The notes under the pieces were generated by a model, which was given only the letters and a program-made list of their open reading frames with translations, did no database searches and was not told the DNA's origin. A program made the position numbers and the translations under genes. From an uncultured Pseudomonadales bacterium (lineage in GTDB: Bacteria > Patescibacteriota > Microgenomatia > UBA1400 > PJMF01): a stretch of DNA of 64,000 nt. This document shows, piece after piece, positions 8,882 through 18,361 of this stretch. The stretch's first letter is position 1. Every line of letters starts with the position of its first letter. The DNA is taken from positions 1,971 to 65,970 of the forward strand of contig CAZWKL010000004.1 in assembly GCA_964633875.1 (NCBI GenBank). Reading direction: 5' to 3'.

Positions 8882-10969
8882 TTGCGCAATCGTGATAGAA
8901 TAAAAAAGATGAAGCATTTATATGTGACGCCAGTAATTGGCTTGCCTCAAGTCACAGGTTGGTCTCAGGTTGTTGAGAACCCACACGCTGCCCCGAATAG
9001 ACTGATTTTTTCCTTTGCCCTGGCCGGAGAGCAAGCCGGTAATCTCGGCAGAGATATTTCCGAAGAGGTAGTCCAGTTTGTTCCTCAAACCTTGGAGGAA
9101 GCGTATAACTTTTTGGAAAATTTGGAAAAAAAATATCAGCAGCCCGAGGCAGAACTTTATTTTGCTGCCGGCATTTTTTTGCGGGACCAGGTGGCTTTTG
9201 CGGTTAAAGGCGGCAGTGTTTTGTTGAGACGCGACGGCAAGGTTGGTCCAATTGTTCATTCTGACGGAGCGTTCAAATTGGTAACCGGCAAGTATCTTAC
9301 TGATGACGTGATTGTCTTAGCTACTAAGCAGGCTGTGAGTTTTTTCAATGAAATTGAGTTGAAGTTCAAGACTGGTTTTGACACCGATACCATCATTACT
9401 TCAATAGTGCCCGGGCTGCACTCACAGGGCGATTCTTCTCTTTCTGCGCTGGCTTTTATTATTCCTTCGGAAATTGAGTATGAAGCAGAGAGTGAGGCAG
9501 ACGAAGCCTTGCTTGAAGTTTCTCTGGAAACTGACGCGGATGAAACGGCAGTAGTTTTGGAAGGTAGTGGGAATGGGGGGGTGGCGCCGCCGCAAATCAG
9601 CCCTGATGATGTGGGCGCTCCTAGTGTTGCCGCGGTTGAGGAGTTGGGTTTGAACGAACCGCCACCCCCCCAACCAAAATCTAATCTGGTTTTGCAGAAA
9701 TCAGGTCAATTTTTGACCCATTCAACTAAATTACTGAAAATAATTGCTAAAGCCTTAGTATTGGTAGGCGGGGCGCTGGCCGGCAAACTCCGAAACATCA
9801 ACTGGTCGAGGCTCAACCCGCGCAATTTTCGTGCTGGCCACCAATACCTTGGCCAGCGCCCCTCAGCCAAAATGCTCAAAATTGCCGCCGCCGCCCTCAT
9901 CCTGCTGATAGTCATTGCCGGCGGTTGGTACTTGCACTCCCAAAGAATCAACGCCGCCCGCGAAGAAGTCCGGCTTCTATTGCTCCCTCAAGCGGCCACC
10001 CTCGAATCGGCCAGAAGTTTGGCTGCTCAAAACCCGGTTGGCTCCCGGGAGCTAGTGGCGGTGTCCATCCGAGAGCTTGAAGTGATGCGCAACGAGCACC
10101 AAGACGATGGCAACGATATCTTTGTTGAAGAAATCGAAAAGCAACTGATCGCGGCCAGAGCTTTGTATGAAGAAATTTCCGGCAGAGAAGAGTTCGCGGA
10201 GCTTTCCATTTTTTATGATTTGCGCCTGGTTAAGCATGATTTTGTTGTCACTCAAGCGGCGGCTTTAGAAAATGTAGCCGCTCTTGTTGACAGCGGTCAA
10301 AATCAACTTGTTATCCTCAATTTAGAAACCAAGCAACCTCACGTGGTGACGCTTGGCGATATTGGTTCTATCCAGGATGTGAAAGTGCGCGGCGAAGACG
10401 TCTTAATTCTTGCCGATGGCATTTATTCTGTACCCATCAATGGCTCTGAGGTTCAAGAATTAATTGCCGTGGGTGATTCCAATCGCGAAGGCGAGATGCT
10501 TGGTGTTTATGATCGCTACGTCTATGTTTTTAATCCCGGCAGGAGAAATATCTACCGTTATGCCGGTAACAACGACGGTAGTTTTTCTGATCCGATTGGT
10601 TGGATGCAAGCCGCCAGAGGTCTGGTTTATGAAGACGTTGCCTCCTGGGCGATTGATGGCGATATCTGGATGGCAACTTCAACCGGTGAAGTCAGGCGGT
10701 TTGCCAGCGGGCGGGATGTAGAGTTTGTTATCAACGGCCTCACCGATGGTTTTAATTCCTCTCTGAGATTGGCTACCAGCGCCGGCCTCGAATCAATTTA
10801 TGTGCTTGAGCCTGAGGCTCACCGGCTAGTGGTGGTTGCCAAAAGTGGCGACTTTTTGCGGGAAGTCAAAAGTTCATCTTTAGCCTCGGCCAATCACCTG
10901 ATTGTGAGTGAATCACTGGGGAAAGCCTTTGCCGTCAGTGGCTCGCTCCTTTTTGAAATTAATCTCTGA
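8882..10969 (+). CDS. Membrane protein with an N-terminal PP2C/SpoIIE-like (possibly degenerate) phosphatase domain, an acidic linker, a TM and a C-terminal beta-rich domain
   Basis: FAVKGGSVLLRRDGKV and DDVIVLATK resemble the PP2C motifs (VGDSRAYLLRDG / GDxLLLCSDGL). TM is LKIAAAALILLIVIAGGWYL. Start is ambiguous (8882 or 8912). Confidence 0.4.
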   Translation: MRNRDRIKKMKHLYVTPVIGLPQVTGWSQVVENPHAAPNRLIFSFALAGEQAGNLGRDISEEVVQFVPQTLEEAYNFLENLEKKYQQPEAELYFAAGIFLRDQVAFAVKGGSVLLRRDGKVGPIVHSDGAFKLVTGKYLTDDVIVLATKQAVSFFNEIELKFKTGFDTDTIITSIVPGLHSQGDSSLSALAFIIPSEIEYEAESEADEALLEVSLETDADETAVVLEGSGNGGVAPPQISPDDVGAPSVAAVEELGLNEPPPPQPKSNLVLQKSGQFLTHSTKLLKIIAKALVLVGGALAGKLRNINWSRLNPRNFRAGHQYLGQRPSAKMLKIAAAALILLIVIAGGWYLHSQRINAAREEVRLLLLPQAATLESARSLAAQNPVGSRELVAVSIRELEVMRNEHQDDGNDIFVEEIEKQLIAARALYEEISGREEFAELSIFYDLRLVKHDFVVTQAAALENVAALVDSGQNQLVILNLETKQPHVVTLGDIGSIQDVKVRGEDVLILADGIYSVPINGSEVQELIAVGDSNREGEMLGVYDRYVYVFNPGRRNIYRYAGNNDGSFSDPIGWMQAARGLVYEDVASWAIDGDIWMATSTGEVRRFASGRDVEFVINGLTDGFNSSLRLATSAGLESIYVLEPEAHRLVVVAKSGDFLREVKSSSLASANHLIVSESLGKAFAVSGSLLFEINL

Positions 10970-11027
10970 ACTCATGGCCAAATTTCCGTGCCAACTTTTG
11001 CCTGATATAACCTGGTATAATTAGGCC

Positions 11028-11468
11028 ATGATTTTGTTGGAAAACCGGAAAGCCCGGCATGAGTACGAGATTTTAAAAACTTACACCGCGGGTATGGTCT
11101 TAACTGGCGCCGAGGTGAAGAGTTTGCGTGCCAAAAAAGGGAGCTTAACCGGCAGCTACGCTAAGATCATCAACGGAGAAGTTTATTTGCTCAATGTCCA
11201 AATTAACCCTTACGAATTTGCCGACAACAGCGAATACGATCCCAAGCGCACTCGCAAATTATTGCTGCAGAAAAAAGAAATCAGTCAAATTGCCGCCTAT
11301 CAAGAACAAAAAAACTACACCTTGGTGCCTTTGAAAATCAAGTTGGAGGGCAATTATCTCAAAGCCGAAATTGGCGTGGGGCGGGGTCTTAAAAAACATC
11401 AAAAACGGGAAAAGCTCAAGCAGCGCGCTCAAGAACGCGATGCTGCCAGAGAAATGAAATTTCGTTAA
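11028..11468 (+). CDS. smpB: SsrA-binding protein SmpB
   Basis: KARHEYEIL...GAEVKSLR...KRTRKLLL signature. A TGGTATAAT -10 lies 6 nt upstream of the ATG, so it is likely leaderless. Confidence 0.9.
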   Translation: MILLENRKARHEYEILKTYTAGMVLTGAEVKSLRAKKGSLTGSYAKIINGEVYLLNVQINPYEFADNSEYDPKRTRKLLLQKKEISQIAAYQEQKNYTLVPLKIKLEGNYLKAEIGVGRGLKKHQKREKLKQRAQERDAAREMKFR

Positions 11469-11574
11469 TCACCGGCGAGAGCCGTAATTTAGCTCACCCA
11501 CCAACTCCCTCTTAACTTCAACCAAATTTCCTTTTATACTAAAATCAGTAATTATAATTGCTATAAGGAGTTTT

Positions 11575-11844
11575 ATGCCTAAAAAAGTGTTTTGGCCTGC
11601 CGCCATGCTAGTGATGGGAATTATCTTTTTCGGTACTAACACCGGTGCGTTTGCCAGTGAGTTTGCCAATTTGTGGGCGATTGTCTTGATCGTAGCCGGC
11701 TTGGGTGGTCTGTTGCTTTCAGATAGAGAAGAATGGTTGTCTAACGCGATCAGCTCTAAGAATAAGAATAAGAAAGTGAAGAAAACCACCAAAACTGTCA
11801 AAGCCACCAAGAAAAAAACCGCTAAGCGCAAAACTAAGAAATAA
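11575..11844 (+). CDS. Small membrane protein with a Lys-rich C-terminal tail
   Basis: Two TM helices followed by KNKNKKVKKTTKTVKATKKKTAKRKTKK. An AAGGAG RBS lies upstream. Confidence 0.4.
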   Translation: MPKKVFWPAAMLVMGIIFFGTNTGAFASEFANLWAIVLIVAGLGGLLLSDREEWLSNAISSKNKNKKVKKTTKTVKATKKKTAKRKTKK

Positions 11845-11858
11845 GACCAAGCAATTGG

Positions 11859-12092
11859 GTGTCAAGCAATCGGGGAATCCATATGGCCAGTGACTTTCGT
11901 GAAATTTCTGAAGAATATCAGAGGAGAACTGACGAAATTGAAGCCAAAAAGGAAGAAAAGCAGCGCCGGAGGTTAGAAAAACAACGTTTAGACAACCTCA
12001 AGAAAAGAAATAAGTTAATTGAAAAATTGATCGCGCCGGCAATTTTGCTGTTTACCGTTCTGCTCTCGTTTCTGTTGATGTTTCTAAATTAA
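11859..12092 (+). CDS. Small coiled-coil protein with a C-terminal TM
   Basis: 77 aa with a charged helical N-terminus and the TM segment PAILLFTVLLSFLLMF. Confidence 0.3.
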   Translation: MSSNRGIHMASDFREISEEYQRRTDEIEAKKEEKQRRRLEKQRLDNLKKRNKLIEKLIAPAILLFTVLLSFLLMFLN

Positions 12093-14439
12093 TGCCGACA
12101 TTAAATCCGGCGCCGATTCTAGCCATCTGCTCTTCTGAGAGCGGCTCGCGGCAGTTATCTAGTGGCACTTTGCCTGTCAAGAAAACCTCTTCTCTGGTGG
12201 AATGACACCAGTCGCAGCTGGCGCGTTGCGTAAAGTTGCAGATTGAGGCCAGCTCAACGCCGCTTGGAACGGCAAAAACATGAGGATTTTGGTCCTGCAG
12301 TTGCAGGCGAATCAGTGAGTTCCAAATTGGTGAGGCGCCGGTAACCCCGGAGGCCACGTAACTCATAGGTGTATTGTCGTTATTTCCCACCCAAACCGCC
12401 ACCACTCGATTGTTGGTATAGCCAATGGTCCAGTTGTCCCTCAGACTGTTAGTGGTGCCGGTTTTGACTGCTACTTCATGATTGGGAATATAAAGAGTAG
12501 ACATGGGGCCGAAGGCGGGCGTTCTGGCGTCGTTGTCTGACAAAATATGGGTGATTTGGTAAGCCACCGCCGGATTGAGGACCGGTTCTCCTTCACAACC
12601 GACACCATTCAGGGCGCACTCATTCCGGTACAAAACTTCTCCTTTGAAATTAGTGACTTCCAAGATGGGATTGAGATCAACACGAAAGCCGTTGTTGGCA
12701 AAGACGCCGTACATGGTGGCCATGTCTGTCATCAAAACTTCACCACCACCCAGAGTGAGCGAAAGCCCAAACCGGCTTCGGTCTCCCCAGGTAGTGATAC
12801 CCATCTGCTCGCCTTTATCAATCAGGCTGTGAACACCAAGGGTGTTAAGAACTTTGACAGCCGGAACATTGTATGAAGAAGCCAAGGCCTCTCTAAGGGT
12901 GACTTTACCACGGAATTTATTGTCGTAATTAACCGGACTGTAGGGCGGAGCGCCTGCAAATCTGTAGGAAACCGGCGTGTCTTCAATTTGAGTCACGGGA
13001 GTAAAACCACTCTCCAGAGCCAGCGCGTAAGTGAGAGGCTTAATTGATGACCCTGGTTGTCTGGGTCTTTGAGTAACGTTGACTTGACCATCCTGCTCGA
13101 AAGCAAAATAATCCGTGCTGCCGACCATGCTGAGAATTTCCCCAGTTTTAGGATTGGTAATCAGCGCCGCACCGTTACTAACCTTGAGTCGTTCCAGTTT
13201 CGCTACTTCATCAGTGACAATTTTTTGAGCCACTTGCTGGAGTCGGCTATCCAGAGTGGTCCTGATGGTCAAGCCGCCGTTATGCAACATCTCCTCACCA
13301 TATTCATCAGCCAGCAACTGTCTTACGTACATCACAAAATGTGGCGCGGTAATATTAACCACGTCCTTTCTAAAAGTAAGCGGCTGTTTGATGGCGGCCT
13401 CCGCTTGTTCAGCGGTAATATAGCCATCTTCTTGCATCCGCCTCAGCACCTCTTCTTGGCGTTTGAAAGCCAGTTCCGGTGCAGTGCCAAAAGGCGAGTA
13501 AGTAGAAGGCGCTTGAGGCAAACCTGCCAAGACCGCCGCCTCCGCCAAGGACAGGTTTTTGGCGCTTTTTTGGAAATAATTTTGAGCGGCTTCTTCAATA
13601 CCATAGGTTGAGCCGCCAAAAGCCACCTGATTGAGATACATTTCCAGAATTTCTTCTTTGGAATACTGTTGCTCAGTCATGATCGCCAACAGCAACTCTT
13701 TAATTTTTCTGGTCCAGGTTCTCTCAGGAGTGAGCAGGCGGTTTTTTACCAATTGTTGAGTGATGGTAGAGCCGCCTTCCAGCCTTTCTCCTTTCAGATT
13801 GGCGATCAAGGCCCGCGAAATGCCTCTGGGAGAAAAACCAAAATGATTAAAAAAATCCTTGTCCTCAATGGCAATCACGGCATAAATTACTTGCGGGGGA
13901 ATGTCTTCAAGAGGAATGATGGTGCGGTTTTCGTTTTCGTAAACCCGATACAATACTTGATTATTCCGATCCAAAATTTTAGTGCTGACGGGCGGGTCCG
14001 TCTGGCGGAGGTATTCTGGTTGCGGCAGGTCTTTGAAAATTTCTTCATAAGTGTAAGCCGTACCACTCATAATCAGCGAGCTAATCATCACAATTATCAT
14101 CACAGCTAGGAAATGATGGCGGAAGACTTTGACAAAAGAGGAGAAAAAATCACTTAAAAGCTCAGCCAGACTTGTTTGGCGCAATTTTTGGCTGAAGGAA
14201 ATTGATTTTTTTCTGGATGTGCCAGGACGGCGTCGGCGGAAACGGGTGCGCAGAAGAGTTAGGAAGGTTTTGGTGGGGTGGCTTTTGGCATCGGTTGGCG
14301 CCACTTGAGCCACTTTGGCCATCGAGATCACCGAAGTCCCCGACTTTTTTTCCAAAACATAAAAAATTGCCGTACTTAGCAAGTGTTTTTTTAAAATTTT
14401 GGACCGGACATTTTGGATGTGGGTTTTTTGCCGCGCCAT
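12052..14439 (-). CDS. Class A penicillin-binding protein (bifunctional transglycosylase/transpeptidase, PBP1A-type), copy 1
   Basis: GT51 motifs (EDKDFFNHFGFSPRGI, RLEGGSTITQQLVKN) and a transpeptidase module (SSIKP, KTGTT). Confidence 0.85.
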   Translation of the reverse strand: MARQKTHIQNVRSKILKKHLLSTAIFYVLEKKSGTSVISMAKVAQVAPTDAKSHPTKTFLTLLRTRFRRRRPGTSRKKSISFSQKLRQTSLAELLSDFFSSFVKVFRHHFLAVMIIVMISSLIMSGTAYTYEEIFKDLPQPEYLRQTDPPVSTKILDRNNQVLYRVYENENRTIIPLEDIPPQVIYAVIAIEDKDFFNHFGFSPRGISRALIANLKGERLEGGSTITQQLVKNRLLTPERTWTRKIKELLLAIMTEQQYSKEEILEMYLNQVAFGGSTYGIEEAAQNYFQKSAKNLSLAEAAVLAGLPQAPSTYSPFGTAPELAFKRQEEVLRRMQEDGYITAEQAEAAIKQPLTFRKDVVNITAPHFVMYVRQLLADEYGEEMLHNGGLTIRTTLDSRLQQVAQKIVTDEVAKLERLKVSNGAALITNPKTGEILSMVGSTDYFAFEQDGQVNVTQRPRQPGSSIKPLTYALALESGFTPVTQIEDTPVSYRFAGAPPYSPVNYDNKFRGKVTLREALASSYNVPAVKVLNTLGVHSLIDKGEQMGITTWGDRSRFGLSLTLGGGEVLMTDMATMYGVFANNGFRVDLNPILEVTNFKGEVLYRNECALNGVGCEGEPVLNPAVAYQITHILSDNDARTPAFGPMSTLYIPNHEVAVKTGTTNSLRDNWTIGYTNNRVVAVWVGNNDNTPMSYVASGVTGASPIWNSLIRLQLQDQNPHVFAVPSGVELASICNFTQRASCDWCHSTREEVFLTGKVPLDNCREPLSEEQMARIGAGFNVGINLETSTETRAER

Positions 14440-14514
14440 GAAATTACCTCAACTGCTTTAGGCGGATAATAACACGGCCACTAACAGAGTACAATTGTCT
14501 CACAATATGTCAAT

Positions 14515-15789
14515 TCAGTTCGTCGTGGGCGGATAAAGTTTTTGGTTGATGACCTCCCAAAGTTCTCGAGAATTGCCTTCATAACCAATGGCCCAAATGG
14601 CTACACCTGCCAGGTCAAGTTGGTTGACAAAGTCCAGTTTATAAGAAAGCGAGCGAGAGTTCTCGTAATAAATCACGTAAATTTCACCATCTTTTTCGTA
14701 ACTAATGTACGGCGAGAGCGCGTTCTCATTCCAGTGTTCCTCAACCGCATAAACCTCTTTTTCCTGCAGCAGGCTGACGATGTCATCGATGATGGCGGTG
14801 GAACCAGTGTCGGGAAAAGTATGCGATTGCGGATCGCGGGAAACTGTTTGCCAGCGGTAACCATAAAATGGGATTCCCAAGAGAATTTTGTCATTAGGGA
14901 CTATGGTCAAAAGCTCTTGAAGATGACTACTAATATCACTATCCCAGTATTCTTTGCCACCGAAAAGCGGCGCCACTGGTCCGGCCTGCTGAGAAGATTT
15001 CCGGTGAAAATCGTAGGCCATCACCACAACGTAATCGACGTACGGTTCAAGCGTGGCCACATCCCAGATGTTGGTTTTTTTGGCAGCGCTGGCGTAGATA
15101 TCAATAGAAATGGCAATGCCAGTGTATTTGGCCTGAATATGTTGGTGGAGAGCAGCCATGAAAGCGGTCATTTGCGGTTGCAAGGAGTTGCAAGTTGAGC
15201 CTGAACACTCGATATCGATGTTGACACCGCTGATCGGGTAAGCTAAGAGAACGTTATCAAGGGCGAGTAGGAATTTTTCCTGGGCGGTTTTCGATTGCAA
15301 AAATGAGCTGATGTCTTCTTCGTTAAACTGGGAAATGACGATCTCGATTTTGGCTTCATGATTGATGGCTTCACGGGCCAAATCGAAAAACTCATCGGAA
15401 CCAAGCCGCTGATAACCTTGGTCAGGCTCGTTGTCTACAGTGGTGAGCAGGCTGCCATCTCCGCCGATGGTGAGAGAAAAGTAACTCAAGTGTGTCATCT
15501 CAGGTTGGATAACGGTTTTTTTGAGATTCCAGTAGGGTAAGAAGCCATAGACGATTTTACCCTTGGCAAGAGGAGCGGCTTGATGGTTTTGAAAAAAGCG
15601 GAAAGTAGTAAAGGAACTCACTGGTGAAACCAGTGGCTCATCCCAGTGCCACCAAATAAAAACAGCTACCAGACTAACAAAAAAAGTAATTGTTAGGGCA
15701 ACAATCTTTAATTTTTGTAGGCTCCTCTCCCATTTAGACACACGGGGGGCAGGGTTGGTCATGGTGGCTTTTCTAAAAGTTCGCTTCAT
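14515..15789 (-). CDS. Membrane-anchored glycoside hydrolase family 18-like protein
   Basis: GH18 TIM-barrel features (GFLPYWN, GVNIDIECSG as a DxxDxDxE-like motif with E retained but the first two Asp replaced, MAYDFH). N-terminal TM. Confidence 0.5.
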   Translation of the reverse strand: MKRTFRKATMTNPAPRVSKWERSLQKLKIVALTITFFVSLVAVFIWWHWDEPLVSPVSSFTTFRFFQNHQAAPLAKGKIVYGFLPYWNLKKTVIQPEMTHLSYFSLTIGGDGSLLTTVDNEPDQGYQRLGSDEFFDLAREAINHEAKIEIVISQFNEEDISSFLQSKTAQEKFLLALDNVLLAYPISGVNIDIECSGSTCNSLQPQMTAFMAALHQHIQAKYTGIAISIDIYASAAKKTNIWDVATLEPYVDYVVVMAYDFHRKSSQQAGPVAPLFGGKEYWDSDISSHLQELLTIVPNDKILLGIPFYGYRWQTVSRDPQSHTFPDTGSTAIIDDIVSLLQEKEVYAVEEHWNENALSPYISYEKDGEIYVIYYENSRSLSYKLDFVNQLDLAGVAIWAIGYEGNSRELWEVINQKLYPPTTN

Positions 15790-15834
15790 GGCGCGTGCAG
15801 GTATTATTACCGATCCACTGGCTATGTAAAGAGC

Positions 15835-18300
15835 CTATTCATTTTGGGAAAAGACGGATTGTTCAAAGTAATTGCTACTACCGATAGTGTAGTTTTCGTT
15901 GACAGTGTAGCGCTCGTACTGAACACTGCCGCTTTCATTGACCGGTCTGTTACAGTCGGCGCAGTAGAATTCGGTTACAGGGTCTTGGTAGAAAGTATGG
16001 GTTTCCAAGATTAAATCTTCCACTTCTGCTCCGTAAGGTGGTGGTAGGCCGGTGGTGGGGTCGATCCAGAACTCTTTTTCTGTCATTTGAGCCACAGAAG
16101 GCTTGGCTTCTTCCCAGAAGAGGTCGGTGCCTCGGACTGAACAGCGATTATTGTCTCCGGGAGGCATGCCGGTTAAGCACACCGGCGCGGATGCCACGTT
16201 TTCAGGCTTTTCCTGCCAAATTGGCTCGCGGTCGCGGAGGATGTAGCTCATGATGTCGTTCCAGATTGGCGCCGCGCCAGTTACGCCGGAAACCAAGCGT
16301 TGATTCATGGGCGTATTATCATTATTGCCTACCCAGGTGATAACCAAAAACTCCGGAGTAAAACCCACCGTCCAGTTATCCCGCAGGTCATTGGTGGTTC
16401 CGGTTTTCACACTCACCACTTGGTCGGGAATAACCAGCTGAGAGTTGGCTCCAAAAGCCATTCTTCTGGCATCATTGTCCTGCATGATGTGGCTGACCAT
16501 GTACGCGGGCGCCCGATCCATCACTCTTTGTAGCTCACCGGATTTTGAACGGCTGTCAGTTTGGTTGAGTTCAGTCAATCTTTCTTGGCGGTCTTCCGGT
16601 TTAACTTCATACAAAACTTTGCCGGTATAAGTTTCTACTTTTAGAATAGGAGTAAGGGGAACCTTGACGCCTTTGTTGGCCAAAACACCAAATGCCTGGG
16701 CCAACTCGATCATCTTCACTTCACCGCCACCAAGCGTCAAGGACAAACCATAGCGGGAAGGATCTTGCCAGGACTCAATGCCCATAGCGTTGGCTTGGTT
16801 AATAAAGTTCCTCAACCCCACTGTGCGCAAAGCTTTCACAGCCGGAATATTGAGTGAGTTACCCAAACTCTGTCTGACCGTAACCGGACCCCGAAAACCA
16901 CCATCATAATTTTTCGGACAATAGGGCGGTTGACCTGTTACTTCAAAACAAGTGGGAATATCCAAAAGTAAGCTGCCCGGATTAAGCACTTTTTCCTGCA
17001 TGGCAGTGGCATAGGTTATTGGCTTAATGGACGAGCCGGGTTGCCGGTTGGCTAAAGTCACATTAACCTGTCCTTCATCAGTGGCATTAAAGTAATCTTT
17101 GCTGCCGACCATACTGAGAATTTCGCCCGTGTCCGGTTTTACCACCATAGCTGCGCCATTGCCAACACGGTAATTAGCCAGGTTGGCAATCTCCGCCGAT
17201 ACCGATGCCTGAGCAGTGTTGTGCAGTTCAAGATCAAGGGTAGTGGTCACCCGCAGGCCACCCTTTTCCACTGTTTCCACCCCATACTCTTCGTACAAAA
17301 CATCACGGACATAAAAAACAAAGTGAGGCGCTTTAATATCAGTTCTGGAAAGGGCAAAAGCCAAAACTTCCTCGCCGGCGGCCTTTTCTTCATCGGCGGC
17401 AATATAGCCGTCTTCCCGCATTCTTCTCAAGACTTCCAGTTGTCGTCTCTTAGCTGCTTCCGGATTTGATCCAAAAGGCGAGTAAGTAGAGGGCGCCTTG
17501 GGCAACCCGGCCAGCAAAGCCGCCTCACCCAGCGTCAAATCTTGGGCGGACTTTTCAAAATAACTCCGGGCGGCCGCCTCAATTCCCACCGCGGTGCCAC
17601 CGTACGAAATATAGTTAAGGTACATTTCCAGGATTTCTTCTTTGGTGTAAATAGCTTCAGTAAAAACCGCCAGCACCCCTTCTTTAATTTTCCGGGTGAT
17701 GGTGCGTTCCTTACTCAACAAAGCATTTTTGACCAACTGCTGAGTGATGGTAGACCCACCCTCCAGCCTCTGCCCGCGTAAATTATTCAGCGCAGCCCGG
17801 GCAATGCCCTCCAGATCAAAGCCAATATGACGGAAAAAATTTTGGTCTTCAATAGCAATGGAAGCTTGATAGACATAGGGCGGCAAGGTTTCGATTTCAA
17901 TAGGAATACGGTTTTCGTTGGCATAAATTTCGTAGAGTAGCTCGCCGTGGCGGTCGAAAATCTGGGTGCTGACAGCATAGTTGTCGTTGTGGGTGAGCCG
18001 ACGGGGCGAAGGCAGTTCGTTAAGAATGTAGGCAAAGCCAAGTAAAAATAGCGCGAAAGCCAAGAGCGCTCCGTACCTTACTACAGGGTTGCTGAATAGA
18101 CGGATGGTGGTTTTGATGATTTTCATTATCAGTCTTAAAAATAGTCCTAAAAAGTCCTTAAGCCACACCAGCCATTTATTTTTTGACTGTCTCTGGCTTT
18201 TTTTGTCCCCTTCAAACAGGTTACGGACATTGGAAAGATGGGCAGCTAGCTGTTTATTTTTTTTGTTTTTCAAAGTTTTCATGTATGATGCGGCCATCAT
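15835..18300 (-). CDS. Class A penicillin-binding protein (PBP1A-type), copy 2
   Basis: EDQNFFRHIGFDLEGI and RLEGGSTITQQLVKN (GT51), with SSIKP/KTGTT transpeptidase motifs. Paralog of 12052..14439. Confidence 0.85.
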   Translation of the reverse strand: MMAASYMKTLKNKKNKQLAAHLSNVRNLFEGDKKSQRQSKNKWLVWLKDFLGLFLRLIMKIIKTTIRLFSNPVVRYGALLAFALFLLGFAYILNELPSPRRLTHNDNYAVSTQIFDRHGELLYEIYANENRIPIEIETLPPYVYQASIAIEDQNFFRHIGFDLEGIARAALNNLRGQRLEGGSTITQQLVKNALLSKERTITRKIKEGVLAVFTEAIYTKEEILEMYLNYISYGGTAVGIEAAARSYFEKSAQDLTLGEAALLAGLPKAPSTYSPFGSNPEAAKRRQLEVLRRMREDGYIAADEEKAAGEEVLAFALSRTDIKAPHFVFYVRDVLYEEYGVETVEKGGLRVTTTLDLELHNTAQASVSAEIANLANYRVGNGAAMVVKPDTGEILSMVGSKDYFNATDEGQVNVTLANRQPGSSIKPITYATAMQEKVLNPGSLLLDIPTCFEVTGQPPYCPKNYDGGFRGPVTVRQSLGNSLNIPAVKALRTVGLRNFINQANAMGIESWQDPSRYGLSLTLGGGEVKMIELAQAFGVLANKGVKVPLTPILKVETYTGKVLYEVKPEDRQERLTELNQTDSRSKSGELQRVMDRAPAYMVSHIMQDNDARRMAFGANSQLVIPDQVVSVKTGTTNDLRDNWTVGFTPEFLVITWVGNNDNTPMNQRLVSGVTGAAPIWNDIMSYILRDREPIWQEKPENVASAPVCLTGMPPGDNNRCSVRGTDLFWEEAKPSVAQMTEKEFWIDPTTGLPPPYGAEVEDLILETHTFYQDPVTEFYCADCNRPVNESGSVQYERYTVNENYTIGSSNYFEQSVFSQNE

Positions 18301-18361
18301 CTTGAGTGCTTATTTTATCAGATGCACCCGGCGTGGTAAATTAGTTGTTAGAAGGGTTTTT

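Noticed and set aside
18089-18361. N-terminal 91 codons of the track ORF 18089..18865
   Set aside because: They overlap the 5' end of the PBP1A gene on the opposite strand and translate as hydrophobic junk. A proper ATG with an upstream -10-like element exists at 18362.
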